A stretch of DNA of 64,000 nucleotides, taken from Macrostomum lignano (Eukaryota). The notes under the pieces were generated by a model. That model was not told the origin of the DNA and ran no database searches. It worked only from the letters and a program-made list of their open reading frames with translations. This document shows, piece by piece, positions 48,290 through 61,094 of this stretch. Location: NCBI GenBank assembly GCA_002269645.1, contig NIVC01000700.1, positions 62,001-126,000 on the forward strand, written 5' to 3'. The position numbers and the translations under genes are program-made. The first letter of the stretch is position 1, and each line of letters begins with the position of its first letter.

Positions 48290-49535
48290 CTCTAGCATTC
48301 AATCTAAGATCCTTAGACTAGACCTTCACCATTCAATCTAAGATCCTCAGACTGGACCTCCATTCTATCCAAGATCCTCAGACTAGATTTCTACCATTAA
48401 ATCCAAGATCCTTAGACTGGACCTTCATCATTCAATCCAAGATCCTTAGACTGGACCTTTACCATTCAATCTAAGATCCTCAGACTGGACCTCTATTCTA
48501 TCCAAGATCCTCAGACTAGGCCTCTACCATTCAATCCAAGATCCTTAGACTGGACCTTCACCATTCAATCCAAGATCCTCAGACTAGACCTCCATTCTAT
48601 CCAAAATCCTCAGACTGGACCTTCACCATTCAATTCAAGATCCTCAGACTGGACCTTCACCATTCAATCCAAGATCCTTAGACTGGACCTTCACCATTCA
48701 ATCCAAGATCCTCAGACTAGACCTCCATTCTATCCAAGATCCTCAGACTGGACCTTCACCATTCAATCCAAGATCCTTAGACTGGACCTTCACTATTCAA
48801 TCCAAAATCCTCAGACTAGACCTCCATTCTATCCAAGATCCTCAGACTGGACCTTCACCATTCAATCCAAGATCCTCAGACTAGACCTCCATTCTATCCA
48901 AGATCCTCAGACTGGACCTTCACCATTCAATCCAAGATCCTCAGACTGGACCTTCACCATTCAATCCAAGGTCCTCAGACTAGACCCCCATTCTATCCAA
49001 GATCCTCAGACTGGACCTTCACCATTCAATCCAAAATCCTTAGACTGGACCTTCACTATTCAATCCAAGATCCTCAGACTAGACCTCCATTCTATCCAAG
49101 ATCCTCAGACTGGACCTTCACTATTCAATCCAAGATCCTTAGACTGGACCTTCACTATTCAATCCAAAATCCTCAGACTAGACCTCCATTCTATCCAAGA
49201 TCCTCAGACTGGACCTTCACCATTCAATCCAAGATCCTCAGACTAGACCTCCATTCTATCCAAGATCCTCAGACTGGACCTTCACCATTCAATCCAAGAT
49301 CTTCAGGCTAGACCTCCATTCTATCCAAGATCCTCAGACTGGGCCTTCACCATTCAATCCAAGATCCTTAGACTGGACCTTCACTATTCAATCCAAGATC
49401 CTCAGACTGGGCCTTCACCATTCAATCCAAGATCCTTAGACTGGACCTTCACTATTCAATCCAAGATCCTCAGACTGGAACTTTACCATTCAATCCAAAA
49501 TCCTCAGACTAGACCTGCCTTCTATCCAAGATCCT
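48290..49535. repeat. Minisatellite of alternating 34-bp and 31-bp units (TCCAAGATCCTCAGACT core)
   Basis: Units ending GGACCTTCAC-CATTCAAT (34 bp) and AGACCTC-CATTCTAT (31 bp) mostly alternate. Confidence 0.93.
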
Positions 49536-51164
49536 CAATTCAAGAAAATTTTCAGGTTCTAGTCTGAGTTGAAGGTCTGATGCAAAATTGCTGAATTAGC
49601 TAATCAGTGACGGAGGTTTGATGCTCTCGCCACAAATAAGTGGAATTGTTGTCTGTACTTTGCACTCTGTAGTGCTTCTTCTGCCTTACCTTCTTGCTTA
49701 CCTTCTGCCTGTGTTTAATTCATAGGCTGTTTGCAAATAATCTTACAGAGTGCGTTAGAATTCCGCGTGTTGTCTCTGCGGCACTGGGGATGCAACACTA
49801 CCTCATTAATTAATGAGTGCCAATGCGGAAACAGCATCGCAAAGCTCAAGTTTGTAGCTTGGCTCAGCACTATTTTATGCATTCGAGCCGCAGGGTGAAA
49901 CTGTCTCGTAAATTACCATTAAGGCCGGATCTATGCTAGGAAAATCAATAGATGGAAAGAGGCTGAGGGAAATGATGATGAGTGCCTGGCAAAGTCGAGC
50001 TTAATTATATGCAGGTGAGCGGCGAATAGGGCTAATGGGCTGTCTCGATTTCAACTGAGTTTGTGGTGTCTAATTAAATGTAACGCGAGAGCCTCCACGA
50101 AAAGCGGGGTTGGCTAGCGTTTATTTGACGCTTTGTTTACAGGTTTTCGCCCCACCACTCTCTCTCTCTGTCTGTGCTGGTGCTGGAGTCAAATTCTTGC
50201 CGGATGCGTATAGCTGAGAAATCGCGTTCTCGCCTATATAAAGCTTGGTTGGCTCGACAATTTCTAAGCAAGCCACAGCCTCCACTCTTCATCGTGTAGC
50301 GAGCTCTACAACTACTTGGACCATCGCGTCTACATTTGTTTTTTCGGCGAGTATTGCTTGGTCATCTTAGACTTTGTTTTATTCCTTTTTAGTCACTGTC
50401 CATTGCCTTCTGATTGTCCGTAGCAGCTCTCCCAGATTGCTCAAATGTGCTTGGAGAGTCTGTTGCTGGCATCCGATTGCTGGACTTTGCTCAACGAGGA
50501 CTGAAAATTCCCTGGAAGCTTTAAGTATCAGATTAAACATGCCTTTTGAGGGAGTTTTTTGTATAAATCACGAGGGCCTGAGGCCCGAGGGATTTATGAA
50601 AATAACTCCCGAAAAAGGCATGTGTAATCTCGTATAAACCATAGACATAAAGACTTTACGGGATATTATTGGATATTACCAAATAAAATCCCGGAGAACG
50701 CAAATATTGTCACGGAAAGTCTTTATTTCTATGGATTATCACTTAATATTTTATTTTAGTCGCTTGTTCTATAGCGAATTTTTTGTCTATGGTGTTTTTT
50801 ATTCAGATCATTCAGACTATCAGGTAAATCATCTTGAAGTGGAATATGAGCACAGATTCTGTGAGTATGAGGGATTCTAAGGTTGTTTGGGGCGATACTT
50901 TAAGATGTGACGACTAGCAAACTTTTAGCGAAACGACTAGCAATCTAGTGCCCCCTTCGGGGCACGCAATAAGCAAGGAGCAAACATTATTAATGAAAAA
51001 CAATTAAAAAAGCACATTTTCTTAAGAACCTTGAGTTGAGTACAATTGTCACGGACAAAGATGTTTACTATGAATATCTTTCCTTTTTTCTAAACTTAAC
51101 AGAAAGACAATAAAAAAAAGTTTTCACAAAGATAACAGACATTCCCCCTAAATAGAAAACATCT

Positions 51165-52900
51165 CCCTGATAGCAAGCATCCTCCCAGATAGCAAGCATC
51201 CACCCTGATAGCAAGCATCCACCCAGATAGCAAGCATCCACCCAGATAGCAAGCATCCTCCCAGATAGCAAGCATCCTCCCAGATAGCAAGCATCCATCC
51301 AGATAACAAGCATCCCCTAATACTCGTAGCAAGCATCCTCCCAGATAGCAAGCATCCATCCAGATAAGCATCCATCCAGATAACAAGCATCCCCCAGATA
51401 GCAAGCATCCTCCCAGATAGCAAGCATCCATCCAGATAAGCATCCATCCAGATAACAAGCATCCCCCAGATAGCAAGCATCCTCCCAGATAGCAAGCATC
51501 CTCCCAGATAGCAAGCATCCATCCAGATAACAAGCATCCCCTAATACTCGTAGCAAGCATCCACCCAGATAAGCATCCATCCAGATAACAAGCATCCCCC
51601 AGATAGCAAGCATCCTCCCAGATAGCAAGCATCCTCCCAGATAGCAAGCATCCATCCAGATAACAAGCATCCCCTAATACTCGTAGCAAGCATCCACCCA
51701 GATAGCAAGCATCCACCCAGATAGCAAGCATCCACCCAGATAGCAAGCATTCATTCAGATAGCAATCATCCTCCCAGATAGCAAGCATCCTCCCAGATAG
51801 CAAGCATCCATCCAGATAACAAGCATCCCCTAATACTCGTAGCAAGCATCCACCCAGATAGCAAGCATCCACCCAGATAGCAAGCATTCATTCAGATAGC
51901 AAGCATCCTCCCAGATAGCAAGCATCCACCCAGATAGCAAGTATTCATTCAGATAGCAAGCATCCTCCCAGATAGCAAGCATCCACCCAGATAGCAAGCA
52001 TTTATTCAGATAGCAAGCATCCTCCCAGATAGCAAGCATCCACCCAGATAGCAAGCATTCATTCAGATAGCAAGCATCCCCCAGATAGCAAGCATTCATT
52101 CAGATAGCAAGCATCCATCCAGATAGCAAGCATTCATTCAGATAGCAAGCATCCTCCCAGATAGCAAGCATCCACCCAGATAGCAAGCATTTATTCAGAT
52201 AGCAAGCATCCTCCCAGATAGCAAGCATCCACCCAGATAGCAAGCATTCATTCAGATAGCAAGCATCCCCCAGATAGCAAGCATTCATTCAGATAGCAAG
52301 CATCCATCCAGATAGCAAGCATTCATTCAGATAGCAAGCATCCTCCCAGATAGCAAGCATCCACCCAGATAGCAAGCATTCATTCAGATAGCAAGCATCC
52401 TCCCAGATAGCAAGCATCCACCCAGATAGCAAGCATTCATTCAGATAGCAAGCATCCCCCAGATAGCAAGCATTCATTCAGATAGCAAGCATTCATTCAG
52501 ATAGCAAGCATTCATTCAGATAGCAAGCATCCTCCCAGATAGCAAGCATCCACCCAGATAGCAAGCATTCATTCAGATAGCAAGCATCCTCCCAGATAGC
52601 AAGCATCCACCCAGATAGCAAGCATTCATTCAGATAGCAAGCATCCCCCAGATAGCAAGCATTCATTCAGATAGCAAGCATTCATTCAGATAGCAAGCAT
52701 CCTCCCAGATAGCAAGCATCCACCCAGATAGCAAGCATTCATTCAGATAGCAAGCATCCCCCAGATAGCAAGCATTCATTCAGATAGAAGCATCCACCCA
52801 GATAGAAGCGTCCACCCAGATAGAAGCATCCACCCAGATAGCAAGCATCTATCCAGATAGAAAGCATCCCTCCAGATAGCAAGCATGCCCCCAGATAGAA
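51165..52900. repeat. 19-bp variant minisatellite (CAGATAGCAAGCATCCTCC)
   Basis: Direct reading; variant-block structure. Confidence 0.95.
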
Positions 52901-52954
52901 AGCATCTATCAATCAAACTTGCAAGCATAGCAAGTTCTCTAACAGAGAGGTCGT

Positions 52955-53190
52955 GTGTGGGCGATTCTTTAAGATGGTGGGTGTATGGGCGATTCTGTTA
53001 GATGGTGGGTTTAGGGGCTATTCTGTTAGATGGTGGGTGTATGGGCTATTCTGTTAGGTGGTGGGTGTAGGGGCTATTCTGTTAAATGGTGGGTGTATGG
53101 GCTATTCTGTTAGGTGGTGGGTGTAGGGGCTATTCTGTTAAATGGTGGGTGTAGGGGCTATTCTGTTAGATGGTGGGTGTATGGGCGATT
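52955..53190. repeat. About 25-27-bp tandem repeat (GGGCTATTCTGTTAGATGGTGGGTGTA)
   Basis: Direct reading. Confidence 0.88.
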
Positions 53191-56039
53191 TCATGTTGGG
53201 GTTTGTGGAATGTCATTCTATTTGATGACGTTCCTTGCATAGTATTTTACAATCAGGAGATTTTCTTATTTGAGAAAGAATGCTTTAGTACGCTCGTAAC
53301 ATCAAGTACTCAAGGTCTCTTGAGGCTGCTCCGATCGTCTGGGATTTCAGCTCGAATTTTTGGCTTGTGTAACCCCTGGCTTGTGCTATCCTGTACCCCT
53401 CAGGCCGGGTCTACTTATACACAATTTTGAGCCGACCTTGGTCTCAACCGGTTTTTTTATGAGGTTACGAAAGGAATTTTATCATTTGACTGGTGAAGTT
53501 TTTTGAATAGAAGAGGTGATACTTGGGTGGTTTCTAAAAAGTTATGTTGACAACCGGACGTGGTTTTCTCACTCACTGTTTTCGTGATCTTACTAGAAAT
53601 TGATTATGAAGGCGTGGTATTTAAAATTTGTGTTTACCTATTCTTATCTTCCTTACTGCTTCTAGTCGCCTGCTTATACCATATTTTGGAGATCTCTACA
53701 CTACATTAAGAGATTTTATATGAATTATTTCAAAGTGGACAGATCATGTTGTCTTGTGAGAACCAAATTAAGACTATAATTACTATTTAAATTTTTATTG
53801 CACTACTTGAACAGGTAGCATCATGAAGTTATCATCAACTATAGTGAAACGTTAAAAAATTGGCGTAACGCAGCTGTCAGTAATGCGTCATATGTCTAAT
53901 TCTATTAGTATATTTGCAAGAAACAGCCTATATAATTATAAATCTAGACTTTAGGTTCATACGTGCTTCAAAAGAAGAAGCAGAAGCTTCCATTTAAGAG
54001 GGCAGCTCTATGCTTATTGCTTTGTGTCCATGGAGGCCGAAAGGAGCCGTTTGTTCTTGCCACATACTATTGTATAATAATTCGATGGGGCCACTCAGCA
54101 AATTTGCGTGTAAGCTACTGTCAGGTCAGTAGTAAGTTAAATACATCTAGAAGCATTTTAATGTATTTGTTACCCCTCAGACCGGGTCTGTCCACGTCCG
54201 CCACCCAATTTTTTTGCCTTTCTAACCTGGTGTTCCAGCCTAAAGCTGCCTGCCTGCCATGTACATTTCAGTGGTGCTGGGCTAATGTACATTACGGTTA
54301 CACCTATAGAAAAGTGGCTGTTTACGTCTGCAAGTAACTCCGACTGTCTTCCTTTTTACTCGCATAAAATAGCATACACATGATTTATTACTACTGAACT
54401 GGAAGTAGAGAAACGGTTTTACTAAGCAAACATCAATGTAGAATTTTTGTGCAAACAATAGTGAGTCGAAATATTGTATTGCAAGAGACTCAAGCTGACT
54501 AATTTCGTCAGCTAGTGAGCCTTAGACTGCCAAAGAGAATGACGAGGCGGCAAGGTCATTGCGTGTCAAGGCGCACTGCATGACTACGGCAGACCGTAGA
54601 CGCAACAACAACCAGATTAGTGGTTGAAAAATCACAGATGCACAGAAAAATATCATGGGTGCTTTTTAAGACGTGGAGTGGGTGCATGGCGCTCTTTTAG
54701 AAAGCTGTTCGTTTCTTTCATCTCCGCCTCTATCCAGTATTTGCCGTCCTGCGGTAGTCACGCGGCATGACCAACGTGGGAAATGAGCATTATCTCCGAT
54801 CTGATTCCTAGGGTTCGCAAGGATCGCTCGCTGATAGTCGTGCATAAGCTGCATAGGATAAACACAAGCTGGCTACGATTCCCTGGGCATGCCTGGGATT
54901 GCAGTTTTCAATTCAGAACTTTCTCTCCTCCCCTCATATCTTTTGGAGAAACATTTTCGAAATGGATGTAGATTAAGACTTAGTCTGCACGTGTTGTACC
55001 GAAAGCCTGAATTTTACTAGCATTGTTCAAGGACCACTAGAAATAACGTTATAGATTACTTCAATACTACGTGGAAATAATATACAAGTACCATTCTCTT
55101 TTTGGATGGATAGATTTTTTCATAATACATTGGATAGATGCGCATGCCGTAACCTTCTTACAAGTGGACCTTCTGCATCGGTTTTTATTCCATGCCTATA
55201 CTACTAAGTTTGGAATTGCAAAATCGACGCATAACAGCTGTTGTCACAGTGGTTGGTATTGTGGAACTTTTTAACAAAGGCGGGGATTTGGAAGTTTAAT
55301 GTATACATGTCTTGTCTCTGTTGCTTGCGATGACATTTTGGCAAAGACCTCGCCGCTAGCCGCCTCGACATTCTCTCCAAGTTTCTGGCCTGCTGCACAC
55401 TGGCCTGCCTATAGCCGCCCTTCTCGCGAACTCCCCCCCCAGCGTGATGCTGTACCTTGATGTCTTCAGCTGTGGCCTGTGTATTTGGCTATAGTGTACA
55501 CCGCGTCATTCACTTCGCCTAGAGTGGATTTGCGCCTAGACACGCAATTCGGCTGCGACTATCTGCAAGTCTCTCCGTGCGTCTCTCAGTCAGTCTGTGT
55601 GTATTTGTGTTCCTGTCCCGCTTTCCAAATCCTGAATCTTCTCTTTCTCCGCTGGCATATAAATTCGGCAGCCAGCATCCAGCCGTTGCCCCCCGGCGCC
55701 TCTCCTGCAGTCTCTCCTTCTCCACCTGGCTTCTCTGAATCACACAGACTTCCATATATTTCTAAACTATCAGCAGCTTTGGCTTTGTCCAACAATTTTG
55801 TCTTTTACTAGCGAACTGCTCGAATTTTTCTGACTTTTTTCTATCTAGCATTTCAAGTTCACCAGTTTGCCTGTGGCTTCTGGATTTCAAAATTTCTTTC
55901 GCGCCTGTCAGAAGCTGCAATCAAACACTCTAAGCCAAATTTATTGAGATTTTCTACTCGGAGGTGATTTCTGCTTTCTGCTGACATCCCTTCTCCATAG
56001 ATTTCTTAGCCCTTTACTTTCGCAAATAGATAAGGAAAA

Positions 56040-59000
56040 ATGAGTCGATCTACCGTGGAAAGGTGAGTGCAGCTGAGAAAGCTTTTCTATACTTTCTGCT
56101 CTGTTTTCTTGCTAAGTTTTACGTGTAAGAACCACTAATTTTAAAAGACAGGTATTATTCAGGTATTAGAGCTAAGTACGCGTAACATCCAAAGCGGATA
56201 TATAGCCAAATATAGAAGCACAAAATCATGTAGAAATAGGTTCGCGGTTAGATAGTATGCAGTTCACCATCCCAGCTTAAATACCTGGTCGCACAGAGAA
56301 TACGCTACGGTGACTTAGTCATTCGCCCGAAAATGCATCCGATCTGTCCAAGCAAAACCGATCGAAGTCCCGTGAGGGATAGGGATGAAGGTACCAACTG
56401 AGAGAATCAAGCAGGTGCGCTGTTGCCTGGCTGCGACGATTGGCCGCTGGACAGCCTTAGCTAGCGTCCTCGGTCGGGTTAAAAGTGTCGCTATCGCTCG
56501 ATTCTTTCGTCGATTTGTGCATTCATCCCCGCTATTCCTTCCTGAACTCGTGCCCATTGCCAGGACCACCACCGAGGTAACTATGAGTTCGGGCGGTGTC
56601 ATGTCGAGGAGTTCACGCACCGAGGCCTCCGGGTCGTCGTCGTTCGCTGGTCGCAGTGTCTACCGCGGCCTGTCGCCTGCCAGTCAGACTCGGTTGGAGG
56701 TGAGTAACAACTAGCTTCCGGCTTAATATTTATCAACGACTTAAGTTCAAACGACTCATAAGTAGTTATTCGCTTTTTTATTTTAGTCTCGCATTAAGGA
56801 ACTAGAAGATCTTCTGGAAATTGAGCGCGATGGACGAGTCCGGGTAAATAAAAGACTATAGGCATTAATAAAAGCGTATTGAGCGACTCAAAATAACTTT
56901 TCTTATACTCTTAACCCTTTCCTCATAATTGAATATTGTGAATCTAGTGAATGTACCTTCGATTCTTGTCATCTCAAATTCATGTTAAATTGTCACCAAT
57001 TTATGCATCTCAATTTGAATTCTCATTTGTACGGACCACATAGTACAAGGAAGGATTGTCTACAGGCTTTATATCCACCAAGATCATGTACACACAAGGA
57101 ATGCAGCGCCTATGTGTATCCTTTTTAAAAAGGGACATTTTCCCATTAATCACACTAACCAGGCGGAGCGCAACATGCACGACTACGCCTACCAGCTTGA
57201 GGCGGCGAACGAGCGCCTTGAGGAGGCCGGCGGCGTCAGCTCGCAAGCCCAGGAATTGATGCGCCGACGGGATCAGGAAACGATGAAGCTAAAGAAGGAG
57301 CTGGAGGCGGCCAACAGCCAGCTGGAAAGCGTGGAACAGACGGTGAAGAAGAAGTACACTTTGATGATCACGGAGCTCACTAGTGAGCTGGAGAATGCCA
57401 ACAAGCAGAGGGCTCGAGCGGAGAAGGACAAGACTTCTATGCTGGTGGAAATTGACGACATGGCTAGCCAGCTGGATATGGCTATTAAGGCTAAGGTAGC
57501 ATACTTTGTACAAGGTGTTTTCATTTCTGGCGCAAGATTATTACTTTCTCTGCTCTTCATAATTATTGCAGAACTCTTTCGAAACGAAATACGAGGCCCT
57601 GGAGGCTCAGCTAATGCGACTGCGATCCCAGAACGACGAGCTCACGTCGCAGTTGCGCACCCTACAGGAGTCTCACAGCCGACTGCAGACTGAAAATGTC
57701 GAGCTGCAGAGGGCGGCGCACGACTACGAATCGCAGGCGGCCACGCTGAGCAAGGCGCGCTCGTCGCTACAGAACCAGCTGGAGGACATGAAGAAGACAC
57801 TTGATGAGGAAACTAGAGTAAGCGTCTTTTGAGTTTTTTACTTGACGCTACCTGAAAATTCCCTGGAAATGAGAAACAGTAACTGTTTAACCCTTTACTC
57901 GCTCTTCAGTCTCGCACCAACATCCAGAGCCAGTTGATTTCGCTGCAGCAGGACTATTTTAACCTGCAGTCCAAGTATGAGGAGGAGAGCGAGGCTACAG
58001 GCAACCTGCGCACCCAGCTGTCCAAGCTTAATGCCGACTTGGCCGCCTCAAAGACCAAGTACGAGCGCGACATTGTGGTCAAGATCGAGGAGTATGAAGA
58101 GATCCGCAAGAAGTTGACCATCCGCATCACAGAACTTGAGGACATATCGGAGCGCGAGCGAAGCCGCGCCAGCAATTTGGAGAAGACCAAGCAGAAGCTG
58201 ACGCTTGAGCTGAGGGACATTCAGAGCGACCTGGACGCTCTGCAGGCAGCCAATCAGGAGCTTGCGTCTCGCGCTAGACAAGCGGAGTCTTCGGTTAACC
58301 AGCTAACCATTCGGGTGGAAGAGCTGACCTCGGAGAACAGCAGTCTATCTTCCGCTAACCACGAGCTGCAATCGGAGCTCGCTCGGATGCGCAAAGATTT
58401 GCAAACCTCGGAGGATCGTCGCAACCAGCTGGAGCGGGAGAACGCCCAGCTGACTTCGCAGCTAAAGGACGCCAACAGTAGCAACCGCGACCTTAGCCGG
58501 CGCCTCACTGAGTCGGAGGCTACGCGTAACCAGTTGCAGGCTGAGCGAGATTCGCTGTCTTCCTCGCTGCAGGATGCCGAGGAGGCTCTGCGCGAGCTTG
58601 AGCTCAAATACCAGCAGACGACTCAAGCTCTGGCATCCCTGAAGTCCGAGCTGGAGGCCCGTCTGCGCGACCGCGAAGCAGAGCTCGAGAACGTCCGCAA
58701 GACCAGCCAGAGGACCATTGAAGAGTTGCACGTGACCATCACGGAAATCGAGACCAAGTACAAGAGCGAGATCAGCAGGGCGCGCAAGAAGTACGAATCG
58801 CTGGCTGCCGATCTGGAAGCCCAGGTGGACAACCTGAACCGGGCTAATGCTAATCTGGCCAAGGAGGTCAAGTCGCTGCAGTCGCGAACACACGAGCTGG
58901 AGATACTCTTGGAGGAAGAGCGTCGGGCGCACGAGGCGGCACAGACTGCTGTCAGCGCCGCCGAGAAGCGACGCGCCGCTGCCCAGAGCGAGCTGGAGCA

Positions 59001-61094
59001 AGTGCGCACGACGCTGGAGGCCATGGAGCGCAAGGCCAAGTCGGCTGAGGCTGAGCTGCGCGAGACCAGCAGCCGGCTGGACCACCTGACTGCGCAGCTG
59101 CAAAGCCTGGCCGGGCACAAGCGCCGCCTGGAGGCGGAACTCTCTGGCGCTCAGTCGGAGGCGGAGGAGGCGCAGTCGGCTCGTCTGGCCGAGTCCGACC
59201 GGGCCAACCGGCTGGCCGGAGAGGCTCAGCGGCTGGCTGATGAGCTGCGGATGGAGCAGGAGAACTACAAAAATGCCGAGTCGCTTCGCAAACAGCTTGA
59301 GGTAGGTGGTATTTATGATCCCTATGGCCAGCTGAAAGGCACAATATGAGTTAATTACTCTTCCAAACTCAGGTTGAGATCCGCGAGATCACCGTGAAGC
59401 TGGAGGAGGCTGAAGCCTTTGCCACCAGAGAGGGCCGCCGGATGGTTCAGAAGCTGCAGGGCCGGGTGCGCGATCTCGAGGCCGAGCTGGACCAGGAGCA
59501 GCGCCGCTCCAAGGACAGCGTGGCTGCCGCTCGTAAATTCGAGCGCCAAGCGAAGGAAGCCGTCACCCAGGCTGAAGAGGAGCGCCGAATGAATATGGAG
59601 CTGCAGGACCTGCTGGACAAGACGCAGCTCAAGCTCAAGGCATATAAACGCCAGATTGAGGAGTCGGTAAGTTGAATCTAAGTTTCACGGATTTTGCATT
59701 CTCGATTCCACAGTTGAGTCAATGATTTACTGTGAAATATCTTTGTTGCACTGGATGCCGTAAGGTTTAGTATCTTTGTCACAAGGACAGCATAGTCCCT
59801 ATTAAGTCTACTTCAGAAGTCCTTGTTCTGTAATCGGTTACTCTAAAATGTCTTTGTGACACTGGATATCACGTTAGTATAGAAAATTAAGTTCCCAAAA
59901 CTTTCATTTTCTTGCAAATAAAGCTCCGCGTGAGAGTACCTGGTAAGTCCTCTTAAAAAATGAAAAGGTAAATAAGAACGATTTGCTTGTTGTCAATTGA
60001 AGTTTCGGCAATGGCAATTCCGCTTTCAACCTTCCTTAAACTCTACCTTCCCGATCCCCATACATCAGTCCCAGCCCCAACAGCAAACTGTAGAAATGTC
60101 AGAACTCGATAGGGACCTCCTGCCCGCAAGCCAGTTGCCAGCTGGCATTCGCGAACCGCCCGGCCCAGAATCCCCATCTAAACGTCCCCAGCGGGGGGGG
60201 CACGCAGGCAGGCAGGCGGTGGGAATTCTATCGATCGGCCTACGCAGCTCAGACAATTACGCGACAGGGAAGAGGATTTGGGTTGATGGGAGAGAGAAAA
60301 ACGACAGAGCCTGCATGGGGCCAGAAAGTCAGTCACCGCCACGCGACCAGGATTTTACAAGGTTAGGAAATATTGCGCGCGCAGTGCGTTTAACTTTAAA
60401 ACTACCTGCCCACTCCCCCCTCCCCATCTGATAGGCATCTACAGCCACCCCATCCGTCAGCCTCCACTCTTTGCCTTTGAAATCTTCCTGGCCGTGGGAT
60501 TCGACCTCTCTATCTATCTAATGGCAGCACGCTCGTATAAGCTGTAGAATAGAACCGAGTTTCCATCCACGATCCACGAGTTCGAGAGATGGCGCGTTCA
60601 GCACACTATCATCGTGTTTTATAGCTTTGATGCATAGCTTATCAAGGCGTACGGGCGCGCTAGTAAATGGATAATACTAGTAGCCTGAATAAATCACTGT
60701 TCAAAATTCAGACTCTCACGAATTCAACTCTTCAGCTGGACAAACTTGTGACCAATATCGGACAAAACTAGAATCAAATCGATAATTTGAGAAAATCCAC
60801 AAATGAAAGATAGTAACAATTATATCATCAGCAGACTTAGGGGGCTTACTACCGATCCGTCACATCTCCCTCGATATCCCTCTCCCCATTGCGCAGGAGG
60901 AGGTGTCCGCTATCTGCATGAGCAAGTACCGCAAGGCCCAGCAGCAGATTGAGGAGGCCGAGCACCGGGCCGACATCGCCGAGCGTACCATGTCTGTCCG
61001 TCGCGGCAGCACCGTGATCCGGTCCGTCAGCGTCTCCCGCGAGGTCAGCAGCAGCAGCCGCAGGGGCGGACGAGCTGTGAGCATCAGCAACTGA
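56040..61094 (+). CDS. Prm: Paramyosin (about 892 aa)
   Basis: Exons 56040-56062, 56564-56699, 56787-56843, 57163-57495, 57572-57817, 57910-59301, 59373-59666, 60897-61094; 2679 nt in frame. Motifs VYRGLSP...[40 protein letters not shown] and [17 protein letters not shown] match flatworm paramyosin as recalled. The 23-nt first exon is the least certain. Confidence 0.93.
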
